63,953 nucleotides of DNA, filler included, from Acidimicrobiia bacterium (GCA_046759765.1; 7 parts of 7 records of this genome joined end to end with filler, not necessarily neighbours in it), one strand, 5' to 3'; positions 30,518-40,024 are shown, numbered from the whole stretch's first letter. Translations and numbers: made by a program. Notes: generated by a model from the sequence alone, not told the origin.

Positions 30518-30548
30518 TGTAGACGTTTCCGCATATATTCTGTAGACT
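30518..30548 (+). promoter_or_regulatory. Promoter of the toxin-antitoxin operon (leaderless) with a TGTAGAC direct repeat
   Basis: TAGACG (30520-30525), 17 nt, TAGACT (30543-30548), 7 nt, then ATG 30556. Confidence 0.6.
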
Positions 30549-30555
30549 AACGACC

Positions 30556-30792
30556 ATGGCCACGACAACTATCCGTGTCGACACCGACACGCATGCCCGC
30601 CTCCTCGAGCTCAGCAAAGCGACAGGAGCTTCTCTCATTGAAACGGTTCGGGAAGCCGCCGAGGCCTTGCGCCGCCAGCGGTTTGCCCACCAAGTAGCCG
30701 CTGAACTCGACGAACTCCGCGCAGACCCGGAAGCCTGGCAGGCCTACTTGGCCGAGGCGGAATCGACTTCGGTGGCCGATGGCATCGGTTGA
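30556..30792 (+). CDS. Antitoxin (ribbon-helix-helix-like N-terminus, acidic C-terminus)
   Basis: MATTTIRVDTDTHARLLELS...; overlaps the downstream MazF-type toxin. Confidence 0.85.
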   Translation: MATTTIRVDTDTHARLLELSKATGASLIETVREAAEALRRQRFAHQVAAELDELRADPEAWQAYLAEAESTSVADGIG

Positions 30793-31117
30793 TGATCTGT
30801 GGCTGGTCGATTTCGGCCGGCCATATCCGGGAGAGCCGGCATCGCATCGGCCGGCGCTGGTTATCGGACCGCCCGACACGTTCGGACCTGGCTTCCCTTT
30901 CGTCATCGTCACGCCGCTGACCACATCGCATCGTGCTCTGTCACTCCACGTCGAGGTCGAAGCCACCCCTGCCACGGGACTCGAAAACACCAGCTACATC
31001 CAATGTGAGCTGATCCGCTCCATCAACCGAAACCGCCTCATCCACCGTCTCGGCGCTATCGAATCCGATGTCAGTCATCGGGTCGAAACGATTGTCGAGA
31101 CGCTGCTGAACTACTGA
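30779..31117 (+). CDS. mazF: PemK/MazF family toxin (endoribonuclease)
   Basis: LWLVDFG..PGEPASHRPALVI, IVTPLTT, GLENTSYIQCELIRSI, RLIHRLG. Confidence 0.92.
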   Translation: MASVDDLWLVDFGRPYPGEPASHRPALVIGPPDTFGPGFPFVIVTPLTTSHRALSLHVEVEATPATGLENTSYIQCELIRSINRNRLIHRLGAIESDVSHRVETIVETLLNY

Positions 31118-31292
31118 CTCGTCCACCTTGACAGCAACGACTACGGGCCAAGAGGAGTCACCCATTACCGATTGACGGCCACCGGCTCGCATCCGGCGGA
31201 GCAGAGCACGTCGAACAAGAAGGTCTATCTACCTGTGGGTATCTCGAGACCGAGCATCCACGAACCGGTGCCGAAAAGTGAGGACGTATGGC

Positions 31293-33767
31293 TCAGTCCA
31301 GCCATATACCCGTGGAGAAGAACGACCCGTTGGATTCAGACACCCACCACGTGTCATTCGAGGGATGAAGCTGGACGATGTCGTCCTTTCCGTTCCCGCT
31401 GAAGTCCCCGGACATTCGGGCTTCCCACCCGGCAGCGGTGGGGAAGTCAGCCCAGATTGAAGTCACGAAACTGGCGGCGGAGCGGGATATCCACCAGGTC
31501 CCGTTGCTGGGGTGGAACTGGGCGAGGTCGTCTCTGCCGTCGCCGTTGAAGTCGCCCACCATCCGAGCCTCCCAGCCACGGGCAGTCGAGAAGTCGGCCC
31601 ACAGAGTGGTGACAAAGCCGGTACCAGTGGAGCGGCTGACCCACCAAGTCCCATTGCTGGAGTGGTACTGGGCGATGTCGTTCCGACCATCGCCATTGAA
31701 GTCACCAACCAGCTGGGGACCCCAACCCGAAGGAGTGGAGAAGTCAGCCCACAACTCCGTAGCAAAGGCAGATCCCGTCGAGCGGGAGATCCACCAGCTG
31801 CCGTTGGACGGATGGAACTGGGCGATATCGTCGCGGCCGTCGGCGTTGAAGTCACCCACCATCCGAGCCACCCATCCCGAAGGAGTAGAGAAGTCGGCCC
31901 AGAGGCTGGTGATGAATCCTGATCCGGTGGAGCGAGATATCCACCAGGTCCCATTGCTGGGGTGGAACTGGGCGAGGTCGTCTCGGCCGTCGCCGTTGAA
32001 GTCACCCACCATCCGGGCCTCCCAACCACCGGCAGTCGAAAAGTCGGCCCACAACTCCGTCACGAACCTGTCGTCCGCCGAGCGGTTGACCCACCAGGTG
32101 CCATTGGACGGGTGAAAGCTGGCCACATCGTCAGGGCCGTCGCCGCTGAAGTCACCGACGACATGACGACCCCATCCGCTTCTAACGCCGAAGGTGGCCC
32201 ACGTATCGTGCACAAACGCGTCGCCGGTGGAACGCTTCACCGACCAGCGGCCGTTGGCGGGCTCGTATCCCACAACGTCGTCTCGGCCGTCACCATCGAA
32301 ATCACCAACCGACTGCCACGAGCCTGTGGTGGGGGACGTGAACTCCTGGACCAGGGCCCCCAGTCTGTTGTCCACAATGACGTCGACGCGGTCGGTTTTC
32401 CCCTGCTCGGCGGTGTCCGTAGCAGTGGCCGTCACCGTCCGTCCGCGTTCCGCCGCGGTGGTGGTTTTCCAGGAGACGGCGTAGGGAGCAGCCGTGTCTG
32501 TTCCGATGCTGACACCGTCAACGAAGAACTCGACTTGTGTAACCCCGTCATCGTCGTTGGCGTCAGCGGCAACCTCGATCGTGCCCGAGACCGTGGCTCC
32601 ATTCACCGGGCTTGTGATGGTCACGGACGGCGGGCTGTCCGGCGGCTGCATCAGCGTGGCGACGTTCGTGCGGATGTCCGGAAGCTGACTGTAAAGTCGC
32701 TCACCCGGGCACTCGGTGGCTTTCCAGTCACGGTGTCCTGAGATCGTGTTGACCGTTGCCTCGTTGTCGTTCACGGGGTTGAAGTAATCGACTGTGCCCA
32801 GCGGATCCAGCCCGTGCCGTGCCAGCAAGTCCGCGAGCGTGAGTTCAAGCTGGTCGACTGCGGTTGTCTTTGGTGCCGCGGCAGTGAACTCACCGAGCAA
32901 AGCCACGCCGATGTTCCCGGTGTTGAATCCGCCGGTGTGGGCGGCGATCACCAGCTGGTCATCGACTCGGTGACCGAAGTCGGTGCCGTCACCTCCCGAG
33001 GAGCAGTCCTGGCTGGCTTCGCCTGACCAGCGCCCCTCATAGACGCGTCCTTGCTCGTCGATCAGCATGTGATATCCGATGTCGCCCCAACCTCGATCTA
33101 CGGTGTGGAACTCGTAAATCGCACGGACAGTGGCGGCAGGATCGAGATCAACGTTCGCGGTGACTGTGTGGTGGACCGTGACGGTCTGAACCGGGGCAAA
33201 CTCCGGTGGCCAAATCTCAACATCTCCATCAAAGCGAATCGACTCGTCTGCACCCCACTCCGACCGCGACAGGCAGTTGGCCAAAGCATCAACCGAACCC
33301 GCCGCGCGCCCGCCGACAGTCGTCGGGGTTCCAGCAGTCGTACTCAGCGCCACGACGCGGGGCTGGCTCGCATAGCTGGGGATGCCCCGGACCTGATACG
33401 CCTCCGCGCCGTCGGCCCACACCAACCCGCTTCCCCACGAACCTGGCTCCTGAGCCCCGTCCTCCTCCAATGGGATCCATGCTCCCCAGACACCAGAGTG
33501 CCGGAAGCGGACCGCGCCGTGGGGCTCTCCACCCTCATGTGTCTCGACCCCGGCCCCGGCAGGGCCATCCCAGACCACACCCAGAAAGTCGATCGCAAAA
33601 CCTGGTTCGACCGGACCGGCCCCAACCGGACGACGGTCAGCCATCGTCGGTGGAACCTCAACCGCTTCGACCGCGCCGATGCCACCCACGAAAAACTGGC
33701 CGGCAACCAGGAGAGCAATGGCCGCTCGGATGGTTAGCGACCAGAACCGCCGTCTCCCCCGCGCCAC
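31293..33767 (-). CDS. Secreted N-acetylmuramoyl-L-alanine amidase (PGRP/Amidase_2) with an Ig-like domain and seven FG-GAP-like repeats
   Basis: Signal peptide; LSRSEWGA, TVHHT, WGDIGYH, AHTGGFN, GHRDWKATECPG; PSVTITSP...VEFFVDG Ig domain; seven GDFxGDGxDD-type repeats. Confidence 0.92.
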   Translation of the reverse strand: MARGRRRFWSLTIRAAIALLVAGQFFVGGIGAVEAVEVPPTMADRRPVGAGPVEPGFAIDFLGVVWDGPAGAGVETHEGGEPHGAVRFRHSGVWGAWIPLEEDGAQEPGSWGSGLVWADGAEAYQVRGIPSYASQPRVVALSTTAGTPTTVGGRAAGSVDALANCLSRSEWGADESIRFDGDVEIWPPEFAPVQTVTVHHTVTANVDLDPAATVRAIYEFHTVDRGWGDIGYHMLIDEQGRVYEGRWSGEASQDCSSGGDGTDFGHRVDDQLVIAAHTGGFNTGNIGVALLGEFTAAAPKTTAVDQLELTLADLLARHGLDPLGTVDYFNPVNDNEATVNTISGHRDWKATECPGERLYSQLPDIRTNVATLMQPPDSPPSVTITSPVNGATVSGTIEVAADANDDDGVTQVEFFVDGVSIGTDTAAPYAVSWKTTTAAERGRTVTATATDTAEQGKTDRVDVIVDNRLGALVQEFTSPTTGSWQSVGDFDGDGRDDVVGYEPANGRWSVKRSTGDAFVHDTWATFGVRSGWGRHVVGDFSGDGPDDVASFHPSNGTWWVNRSADDRFVTELWADFSTAGGWEARMVGDFNGDGRDDLAQFHPSNGTWWISRSTGSGFITSLWADFSTPSGWVARMVGDFNADGRDDIAQFHPSNGSWWISRSTGSAFATELWADFSTPSGWGPQLVGDFNGDGRNDIAQYHSSNGTWWVSRSTGTGFVTTLWADFSTARGWEARMVGDFNGDGRDDLAQFHPSNGTWWISRSAASFVTSIWADFPTAAGWEARMSGDFSGNGKDDIVQLHPSNDTWWVSESNGSFFSTGIWLD
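31300..32320 (-). repeat. Intragenic ~150-bp tandem repeats (50-aa unit) encoding a probable seven-bladed beta-propeller
   Basis: Unit GDFNGDGRDDLAQFHPSNGTWWISRSTGSGFITSLWADFSTPSGWVARMV; seven GDF motifs. Confidence 0.9.
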
Positions 33768-34013
33768 CAGGAGAGCCTACGTCAGCGACCCGTCATAGAC
33801 AGGTATCGCGACCTGCCGAATCCGAGGCACGTCCAAAGCCACCGATCGACCCGCGACTTCTTGGCTGAACACCCGTGAGCAGGCCACAACCGTCATTCGC
33901 TAACAGGTTGGCTCTCTAAACAGCAACTGGTTAGGGGCTCTGAGATGGCAGTGCCCACTGCATAAAACCGCTTTCGACTGAGAGCGGCCAGCCGAGTTAG
34001 GGGACAGTGCCGT

Positions 34014-34129
34014 GTGGAAGTCAATGGGTGTGACTTCTTGAGGTTCGCGAAGGGGAGATCATCACCAAGAATTCCTACCGCAAGCAGCGACCGCCGATCG
34101 AGGTCGCGGCGGGAGGGCTCGACAGATAG
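34014..34129 (+). pseudogene. Frameshifted C-terminal remnant of an NTF2/SnoaL-like protein
   Basis: VEVNGCDF, then after a 1-nt frameshift near 34038, EVREGEIITKNSYRKQR...TAG. This resembles the GCD...G.I..KNSYRK end of small NTF2-like proteins. Confidence 0.55.
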
Positions 34130-34227
34130 TCGACGGCAGGCGGACGCCGTCGCCAACGTGGTGGGGGTCGCGACGGCAAAGGCGACCAGATTAGGTTTCA
34201 CGTGCGACGCGGGCGGAAGGAGTAAAC

Positions 34228-34644
34228 GTGTCTGCGCAAACCAACAAGGAAGCCGTCGAGCAGTTCATCGAAGAGGGGTGGGGGAACGCGAAGCTAAGCG
34301 CATTTGACGATTTCTTCTCCGAGGGGATCGTCCACCATGCCCTGCCACCTGACATGCCCACGGGAATCGACTCTGTCAAGCAGTACGCGTCGATGTTCCT
34401 GAACGCTTTTCCAGACGCAGACGTCTCCGTTGCGGACATCGTCGCCGAGGGGGACACAGTCGCGTATAGATGGGTATCAGAAGCAACACATACGGGCGAA
34501 CTGCTGGGCATCCCGCCCACCAACAAGCGCGTCAATACCTTCGGAATCGCCATGGACCGTTTCGAGGGTGGAAAGTCGGTCGAGCATTGGGAAGTCTTTG
34601 ACCAGGCCGGCCTCATGCAGCAGCTCGGCGTCAGTCCAGATTGA
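34228..34644 (+). CDS. SnoaL-like ester cyclase family protein
   Basis: NKEAVEQF, AFPD, IVAEGDTVAYRW, THTGELLGIPPTNKRV, FEGGKSVEHW; AAGGAG SD. Confidence 0.92.
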   Translation: MSAQTNKEAVEQFIEEGWGNAKLSAFDDFFSEGIVHHALPPDMPTGIDSVKQYASMFLNAFPDADVSVADIVAEGDTVAYRWVSEATHTGELLGIPPTNKRVNTFGIAMDRFEGGKSVEHWEVFDQAGLMQQLGVSPD

Positions 34645-34730
34645 CTTAGCTTCAGAACCCAGATGAGCCGGCGGGGCGGAGATCCGTCCCTCTATGTGAG
34701 AATGATCTCTAGTTCGTAGCAGGGCTTCTC

Positions 34731-37700
34731 ATGAGTGACCGTGCTCCGCGACCGCCAGGGGCCGAGGGGTTAGCCGCGTTTGTGCCTCCCCACGTTCTTC
34801 GATATCTCGGGGAGCGAGATGCCCCTCCTATGACCGGTGACATGGTCGCCGGGCCGGGAGCGGTGCTGATCGCCGACTTGGCCGGGTTCACGGCGTTGAC
34901 CGATGAACTCATACGCCGGTTTCCAGACGGTCCGGAACGAATCACGACGGCGCTCAACGAGAGCCTGGGCGGCCTCGTCGATCTCATCCGGGATCACGGC
35001 GGAGAGGTGGTCCAATTCGAGGGCGACGCCGTCTTGGCCTGGTGGCCGTCGATTGGTGAGGAGGCGCCTACCGCAGCGCATCGGGCGGTGGCATGCGCGG
35101 TGCTCGCCCGGGACCAATTCCACGGTATGGAGATCATCGAAGGATTTCCGTTGCGCCTCCGCCTGGCTGTCGGGGCCGGCGAGGTTCGGATGCCCATTGT
35201 GGGTGGTGCAACAGAGCGATGGTTCACATTTCTTGGAGGGGAGCCGCTCTCCCAGGCATTGAAGGCGGAAGACGAGGCACGTCCGGGAGAGGTAATCCTC
35301 TCCCCGCCCACGCGGAACCTCATCGGAAACATGGCTTCGGGCATCGCCACCGCAGAAGGCTCGTTGCGGGCGGAGTCCGTGGACCCTCCCGAGCCGGTCT
35401 CTGCGTCCTTACCCGCAGGCGTTTGGTCCGAGGAAGGTCTGACCGTTTTCGTGCCCAAGATGGTGAGAGCAAGCCTGGCGGCCGGGCAACGCGACTGGAT
35501 GGGTGAACTGCGCAACGGCTCCGTGATGTTTGTCACGATCCCTGGTCTAAACGTGGAGGCCGGAGTCGACAAGCTGCAGGCGGCGGTACATGCCATACAA
35601 AGCGTCGTGGCTGAACACGATGGCGACCTGCTCAAGTTCCGACTCGACGGCACCGGAGCCACCGCCGTTTCGTCCTGGGGACTCTCCTTCCACACCCATG
35701 AGGACGACGCCAGCCGGGCGGTCCGAGCGGCCGTTCGGGTGCGAGCCCTGATCGACCAGCAAGACTCGCAGGTCAAGATCGGCATCGCTACCGGCCGGCT
35801 CCTCTCCACAACGATCGGATCTGTGAATCGCCGCGAGCTCACCGTGATTGGAAGCATCCCCAACCTGGCTGCCCGGCTAGCCGACGCGGCGAGACCCGGA
35901 CAGATCCTTTGCGAAGCGGCCACCGCGGCTGCAGCCCGGCGCACGGCCCGATTTGAGGAACTGGACCCGATCAGGCTCAAGGACGTCGCCGGCGCAGTGT
36001 TTCGATACAGCCCCATTGGGGAAAAGGCCGAGCAGCGAGCCGGACATCCGAGCATCGTGGGCCGTGTCCGTGAGCTCGAAGTAATCGACGACGAATTGCG
36101 GACCCTCCAGGACGCGGAGCCGGGACGAGCTCTCGTGATCGAGGGTGAGGCGGGCATGGGCAAGTCCCGCCTGATCAGTGAGCTGATCGAGCGGTCCACC
36201 CGCCACCCGGTCAGGCGCCTGACGAGCAGGGGTCGCCCGCTCGAAAGAAACACGGCGTACTACGCCTGGCGCAGCGTCTTTAGCCAACTTCTTGACCTGA
36301 AAATTGAGGCCCGGCCGGAAGAAGTGCGAGCCGCGGTCGAGAAGGTGCTCGGTCCCGTCGGCGACGCCACGGCAGCCCTACTTTCACCGGTGTTCCCCGG
36401 GTTCGAGGGAGCCGACCGGCTCGCAGACTCCACCGCCCTCACGACCGCCGCGGGTGCACCGTCGAGCACAGCCGAGTTGCTGCTGGAGCTGTTTGCGGGC
36501 GTCTCCGGTCCGACTCCGACACTCATCGTCATCGACGACGCCGACCAAATGGACTCAGCCTCCTGGGCCCTGGCTGAAGATCTCGTCGATTCGTCTGCCT
36601 CTCTGCTGCTGGTACTGGCGGTGCGGGCGAACGTAGTGCTGAGCGAGCGAGCCGCCGGCCTGCTCGCCAACACGACCCGGCTCCAGTTGGGCCCCTTGTC
36701 GCCGGCGGAGGCTCAGGCTCTCGTCTCGGAGCGGCTCGACGTGGACTTCATTCCTAGTGAGGTCGCCAAAGCGATCCTTGGTCGGGCCGAAGGTCATCCT
36801 CTGTTTCTAGAGGAGCTGGTGGCGGCTCTGCGGGAGGGCGGAGCTTTGCGGGTCAGCGGTCCGCAACGGGAGCTCGAGTTCGAACAGCAGGCCTTGGCTG
36901 AACTACAGCTGTCGGACACCGTACGCGCCTCGGTCGAGAGCCGGATCGACCGTCTCGACGTGAATGCGCAGCTGACGATAAAGGTGGCCAGTGTCCTGGG
37001 CCGAAGCTTCGACACCCGCGAGCTCGCGTCGATCCACCCGCTCTCGCTCCGCCCGGAAGAAATCGAGCAGCACCTCAAGAAGATAGAGGAGGCTCACTTG
37101 GCGTTCAGAGACGAAAGTGGCATGTGGTTTTTTCGCAATGGGATATTTACTGAGGTCGCCTACGACCAACTGCCCCATCGACAACGGCGATCGCTTCACG
37201 AAGCGGCCGCCCAAACCATCGCCGCTGGTCCTGAGGATGCGCGCTCCGATGCCCGCCTGGCCCATCACTGGACGAAGGCCGACAGACCCGCCGAGGCCAT
37301 GGACGCCCTCGAACGAGCAGGTGACCAAGCATTGCGAGGCGGCGCGTTCGAGGAGGCCCTCGGATACTTCGATGAGGCACTCGCGCTGCGGGGCCGCGAG
37401 ACCGGGTTGAGCGCGGCGCGGCTCAATCGCAAGAGAAGCATGACCTACCAGGGGCTAGGTGATCTGCCCGCCATGGATGTCTCATTGCGTGAAGCGGCCC
37501 AGCAGGTCGGCTGTCCGGCGCCGGCGTCGAGAGCCGGGTTCGTATTGGGGATCATCGCCCAAGTCCTCATTCAGCTGATGCACCGCGTCTGGCTACGGCC
37601 GTTCCTTGTTCGTGACCGACCAGCCGAGGAAGAGCGCCTCCTCGAGGCCGCCCAGATGTATTACGGCTTTGGATCGACTGCCTTCTCCGATCTGGATGCT

Positions 37701-38795
37701 CTCCGGTTGTTCTACGTGGGCCTGCGCGCACTCAACCTGGCCGAGCGAGTCGGTCCCAGTCCGATACTCGCCCGCAGCTACAGCTTTCTGATGTACGTGG
37801 CGGGCGTGTCGAAGATGGCCAAGAGTTCAGAGCGGTACCACGCTCGAGCAGTCGCGGCCGCGGAGGCGGCGGGAAGCGATGAGGCATTGGCCGAGGTCAT
37901 GTTCAACCGGGGTGGGTTTCTTGGTCCCACCGGAGATTGGGAACAAGCCATCTCGCTCGCCAATGAGGCAATTGACCGATACGACACGCTAGGTGACAGG
38001 AGAGGCCGTCGGTTGGCTGTAGCCAACCTCGCCTACCACCATCTACTACAGGGCGACCTCGATGAGGCACGCGGCCTGTACGAGGACATTGGTCGCGAGG
38101 CCGAGAAGGCCAAGGACCTGCTGCCGCTGCTATGGAGCCGGTGCTGGGGGATGTCCATCGTGGCTCTGCAAGGGGGAGGCGTGGTCGCTATTTCCGAATT
38201 GGAAGCCTCGGCCGAACTGGCGGCGGCGGTCGGGGAAAGACCGGGCAATCTTCTTCGGCACGCCGTGCTTGCCCAGTCACACTGGTGGGAGGGCAACGTC
38301 GAGCAGGCCATACGTTCCGCTGCCGAAGGCGTAGAGGTGATTCCTGCCTCGCAGATCGTTGCGGCGCCCCACGCCCTCGACGGCTACGCAGGGTTGGCTT
38401 TAGTGATGGCCGATCTGTGGGAAGCCGCCACCGGTGGCCGGTTCACCGCGGACGTCGAGCAACTTGGTATGCGAACGCAGCGCTCCTGCAAGGCACTAAA
38501 TGGACTGGCCCGAACTTTTCCCTTCGCGCGTTCCGCGGCCTTGCTCTGCCGGGCCCGCATGGCCGGGATCGACGGGCGCACGACGAAAGCCGTCAGGTTG
38601 GGTCGCAAAGCACTGGCATCGGCGGAGGAATTGCGAATGCCCTATTACCAGGCTCAGGCACATGCGCTTCTTGGTCATTACCTCACAGGCGACGAGGCCC
38701 AGAAACACTTCGATCGTGCTGATCAGCTCTTTGACCAGTTGGACGCCTCGTACCTGCGAACCGAGCTACGAGAGCTTCGCCAGGCCATCGGATAA
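34731..38795 (+). CDS. Soluble adenylate cyclase-like protein: tandem class III cyclase domains, STAND AAA ATPase and TPR region
   Basis: ADLAGFT/FEGDA (domain 1), NLAARL (domain 2), Walker A GEAGMGKS, Walker B IVIDDAD, AEGHPLFLEEL, helical C-terminus. Confidence 0.9.
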   Translation: MSDRAPRPPGAEGLAAFVPPHVLRYLGERDAPPMTGDMVAGPGAVLIADLAGFTALTDELIRRFPDGPERITTALNESLGGLVDLIRDHGGEVVQFEGDAVLAWWPSIGEEAPTAAHRAVACAVLARDQFHGMEIIEGFPLRLRLAVGAGEVRMPIVGGATERWFTFLGGEPLSQALKAEDEARPGEVILSPPTRNLIGNMASGIATAEGSLRAESVDPPEPVSASLPAGVWSEEGLTVFVPKMVRASLAAGQRDWMGELRNGSVMFVTIPGLNVEAGVDKLQAAVHAIQSVVAEHDGDLLKFRLDGTGATAVSSWGLSFHTHEDDASRAVRAAVRVRALIDQQDSQVKIGIATGRLLSTTIGSVNRRELTVIGSIPNLAARLADAARPGQILCEAATAAAARRTARFEELDPIRLKDVAGAVFRYSPIGEKAEQRAGHPSIVGRVRELEVIDDELRTLQDAEPGRALVIEGEAGMGKSRLISELIERSTRHPVRRLTSRGRPLERNTAYYAWRSVFSQLLDLKIEARPEEVRAAVEKVLGPVGDATAALLSPVFPGFEGADRLADSTALTTAAGAPSSTAELLLELFAGVSGPTPTLIVIDDADQMDSASWALAEDLVDSSASLLLVLAVRANVVLSERAAGLLANTTRLQLGPLSPAEAQALVSERLDVDFIPSEVAKAILGRAEGHPLFLEELVAALREGGALRVSGPQRELEFEQQALAELQLSDTVRASVESRIDRLDVNAQLTIKVASVLGRSFDTRELASIHPLSLRPEEIEQHLKKIEEAHLAFRDESGMWFFRNGIFTEVAYDQLPHRQRRSLHEAAAQTIAAGPEDARSDARLAHHWTKADRPAEAMDALERAGDQALRGGAFEEALGYFDEALALRGRETGLSAARLNRKRSMTYQGLGDLPAMDVSLREAAQQVGCPAPASRAGFVLGIIAQVLIQLMHRVWLRPFLVRDRPAEEERLLEAAQMYYGFGSTAFSDLDALRLFYVGLRALNLAERVGPSPILARSYSFLMYVAGVSKMAKSSERYHARAVAAAEAAGSDEALAEVMFNRGGFLGPTGDWEQAISLANEAIDRYDTLGDRRGRRLAVANLAYHHLLQGDLDEARGLYEDIGREAEKAKDLLPLLWSRCWGMSIVALQGGGVVAISELEASAELAAAVGERPGNLLRHAVLAQSHWWEGNVEQAIRSAAEGVEVIPASQIVAAPHALDGYAGLALVMADLWEAATGGRFTADVEQLGMRTQRSCKALNGLARTFPFARSAALLCRARMAGIDGRTTKAVRLGRKALASAEELRMPYYQAQAHALLGHYLTGDEAQKHFDRADQLFDQLDASYLRTELRELRQAIG

Positions 38796-38844
38796 GCCGC
38801 TTTCGCTAAAGCAGCCCCTCTCGTCTATGCATATCCGACTCGAG

Positions 38845-40020
38845 CTACTGCTCGGTGGAGGGCGTTGCTACTCCGATACGTAGCTGGGGAAAAGCGGTGG
38901 GGAGGCCCTTCGCCTCGACCTGGTAGATCTCTTCGGCTTGAGGTAGTCCGCGCAGCCGATAGCGTCCGAGGCTGCGGAACTTCACGTCGTGCGAAATCGA
39001 GTCCAGTGCCTCGGTCATCGTCGCGGCGGTGAGCAGGATCTGCCCGCCGTGCCCTGCGGAACACAGTCGAGCCGCAGTGTGGACAGCCAATCCGATGTAG
39101 CCCTCGTCGGTGAGCGTGGTGGTACCACTATGTATCCCGGCTCGTACCCTGACTTGTTGCCCGTCTGGCCACGCGTCGGTCGCTAGTGCCAGCTGAAATT
39201 CGAGAGTTGCTTCGAGGGCCGAGACGACGTCGTTGAACACGGCGAAGAACTCGTCCGCTCTGGCTTCTACCTCGTGTCCATCATGACGCACAACCGCCTG
39301 GCGAACCCTCTCGCGTACGTCGGTCAGCAGCTGCTCATACTGGGTCCCCAACTGAGCCAGGAGCCCCGTTGAACCCTCGATGTCGGTCATGACCAAAGTA
39401 ACGAACCCGCTGGGGAGCTCAGGTGTCGTGCGAGCTTTGGCTCCGTCTGCGAGGTGCTCTTTCTCAATCACGAACCGAACGGCAGCCAAGACGGCTTCTG
39501 CGAGATCCGGGTCGTCGAGGAGATCGGAGGTGTGCACGAGCGCGGCGATGGGCTTGCCGTCTCGATCGAGGTAGGTCACGGCTTCCTCCGCAGCGCTTGC
39601 CAGAGCAACGGATGCGCCGGCGTTGTCAACGTACGATCCCTCCTGTTCCGACCAGTGCAGCAATACGAGAGTCGGGTCCCAGAGAACCCGGCGCAGATGA
39701 TCCTCCAGGTCCTCTGACGCTCCGACCCGGTCGAGGTCGACTACCAGACGTCCGGCAGTGGCGTGTTTCCGCTCAGCTTCGAACTGACCGGTGATAAAGC
39801 CAACCGGAACAATCCCGTATTTCTTCGCCGCCTTGAGGAGTCGAGTGCGAGCTTTCTCCCTGGCGGCATCACTCTCGAACTTGACCTGATCGAACCTGGC
39901 GAGAGCGTTGCGAACATGCGACTCGTCATTGATGGGCAGACGTCGGCGGCCTCGCGAGTCAACGTAGGCGAAGGCGCTGTTCGGGAGCTCCGCGCGTTCT
40001 TTCGCAGTCAATCGAGCCAC
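38845..40020 (-). CDS. DUF6582-like domain, sensor-like segment and class III nucleotidyl cyclase domain
   Basis: N-terminal LPNSAFAY...LPINDESHVRNALARFDQV; C-terminal MTDIEGST, ADEFFAVF, RVRAGIHSG, VHTAARL, GHGGQILL. The start is 4 nt from the contig end. Confidence 0.85.
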   Translation of the reverse strand: MARLTAKERAELPNSAFAYVDSRGRRRLPINDESHVRNALARFDQVKFESDAAREKARTRLLKAAKKYGIVPVGFITGQFEAERKHATAGRLVVDLDRVGASEDLEDHLRRVLWDPTLVLLHWSEQEGSYVDNAGASVALASAAEEAVTYLDRDGKPIAALVHTSDLLDDPDLAEAVLAAVRFVIEKEHLADGAKARTTPELPSGFVTLVMTDIEGSTGLLAQLGTQYEQLLTDVRERVRQAVVRHDGHEVEARADEFFAVFNDVVSALEATLEFQLALATDAWPDGQQVRVRAGIHSGTTTLTDEGYIGLAVHTAARLCSAGHGGQILLTAATMTEALDSISHDVKFRSLGRYRLRGLPQAEEIYQVEAKGLPTAFPQLRIGVATPSTEQ

Positions 40021-40024
40021 GCTT

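Noticed and set aside
31118..31292. GNAT gene remnant after mazF (GYLETEHP)
   Set aside because: The similarity is too short to support.
33898..34003. Integron attC site (CTAAC...GTTAGGG)
   Set aside because: The boxes deviate from RYYYAAC/GTTRRRY, there are no clear L boxes, and there is no cassette array or integrase.
30242..40024. Prophage, defence island or CBASS/Pycsar-type system
   Set aside because: There is no integrase, transposase, phage structural gene or recognisable cyclic-nucleotide effector, and the two cyclases are convergent rather than operonic.
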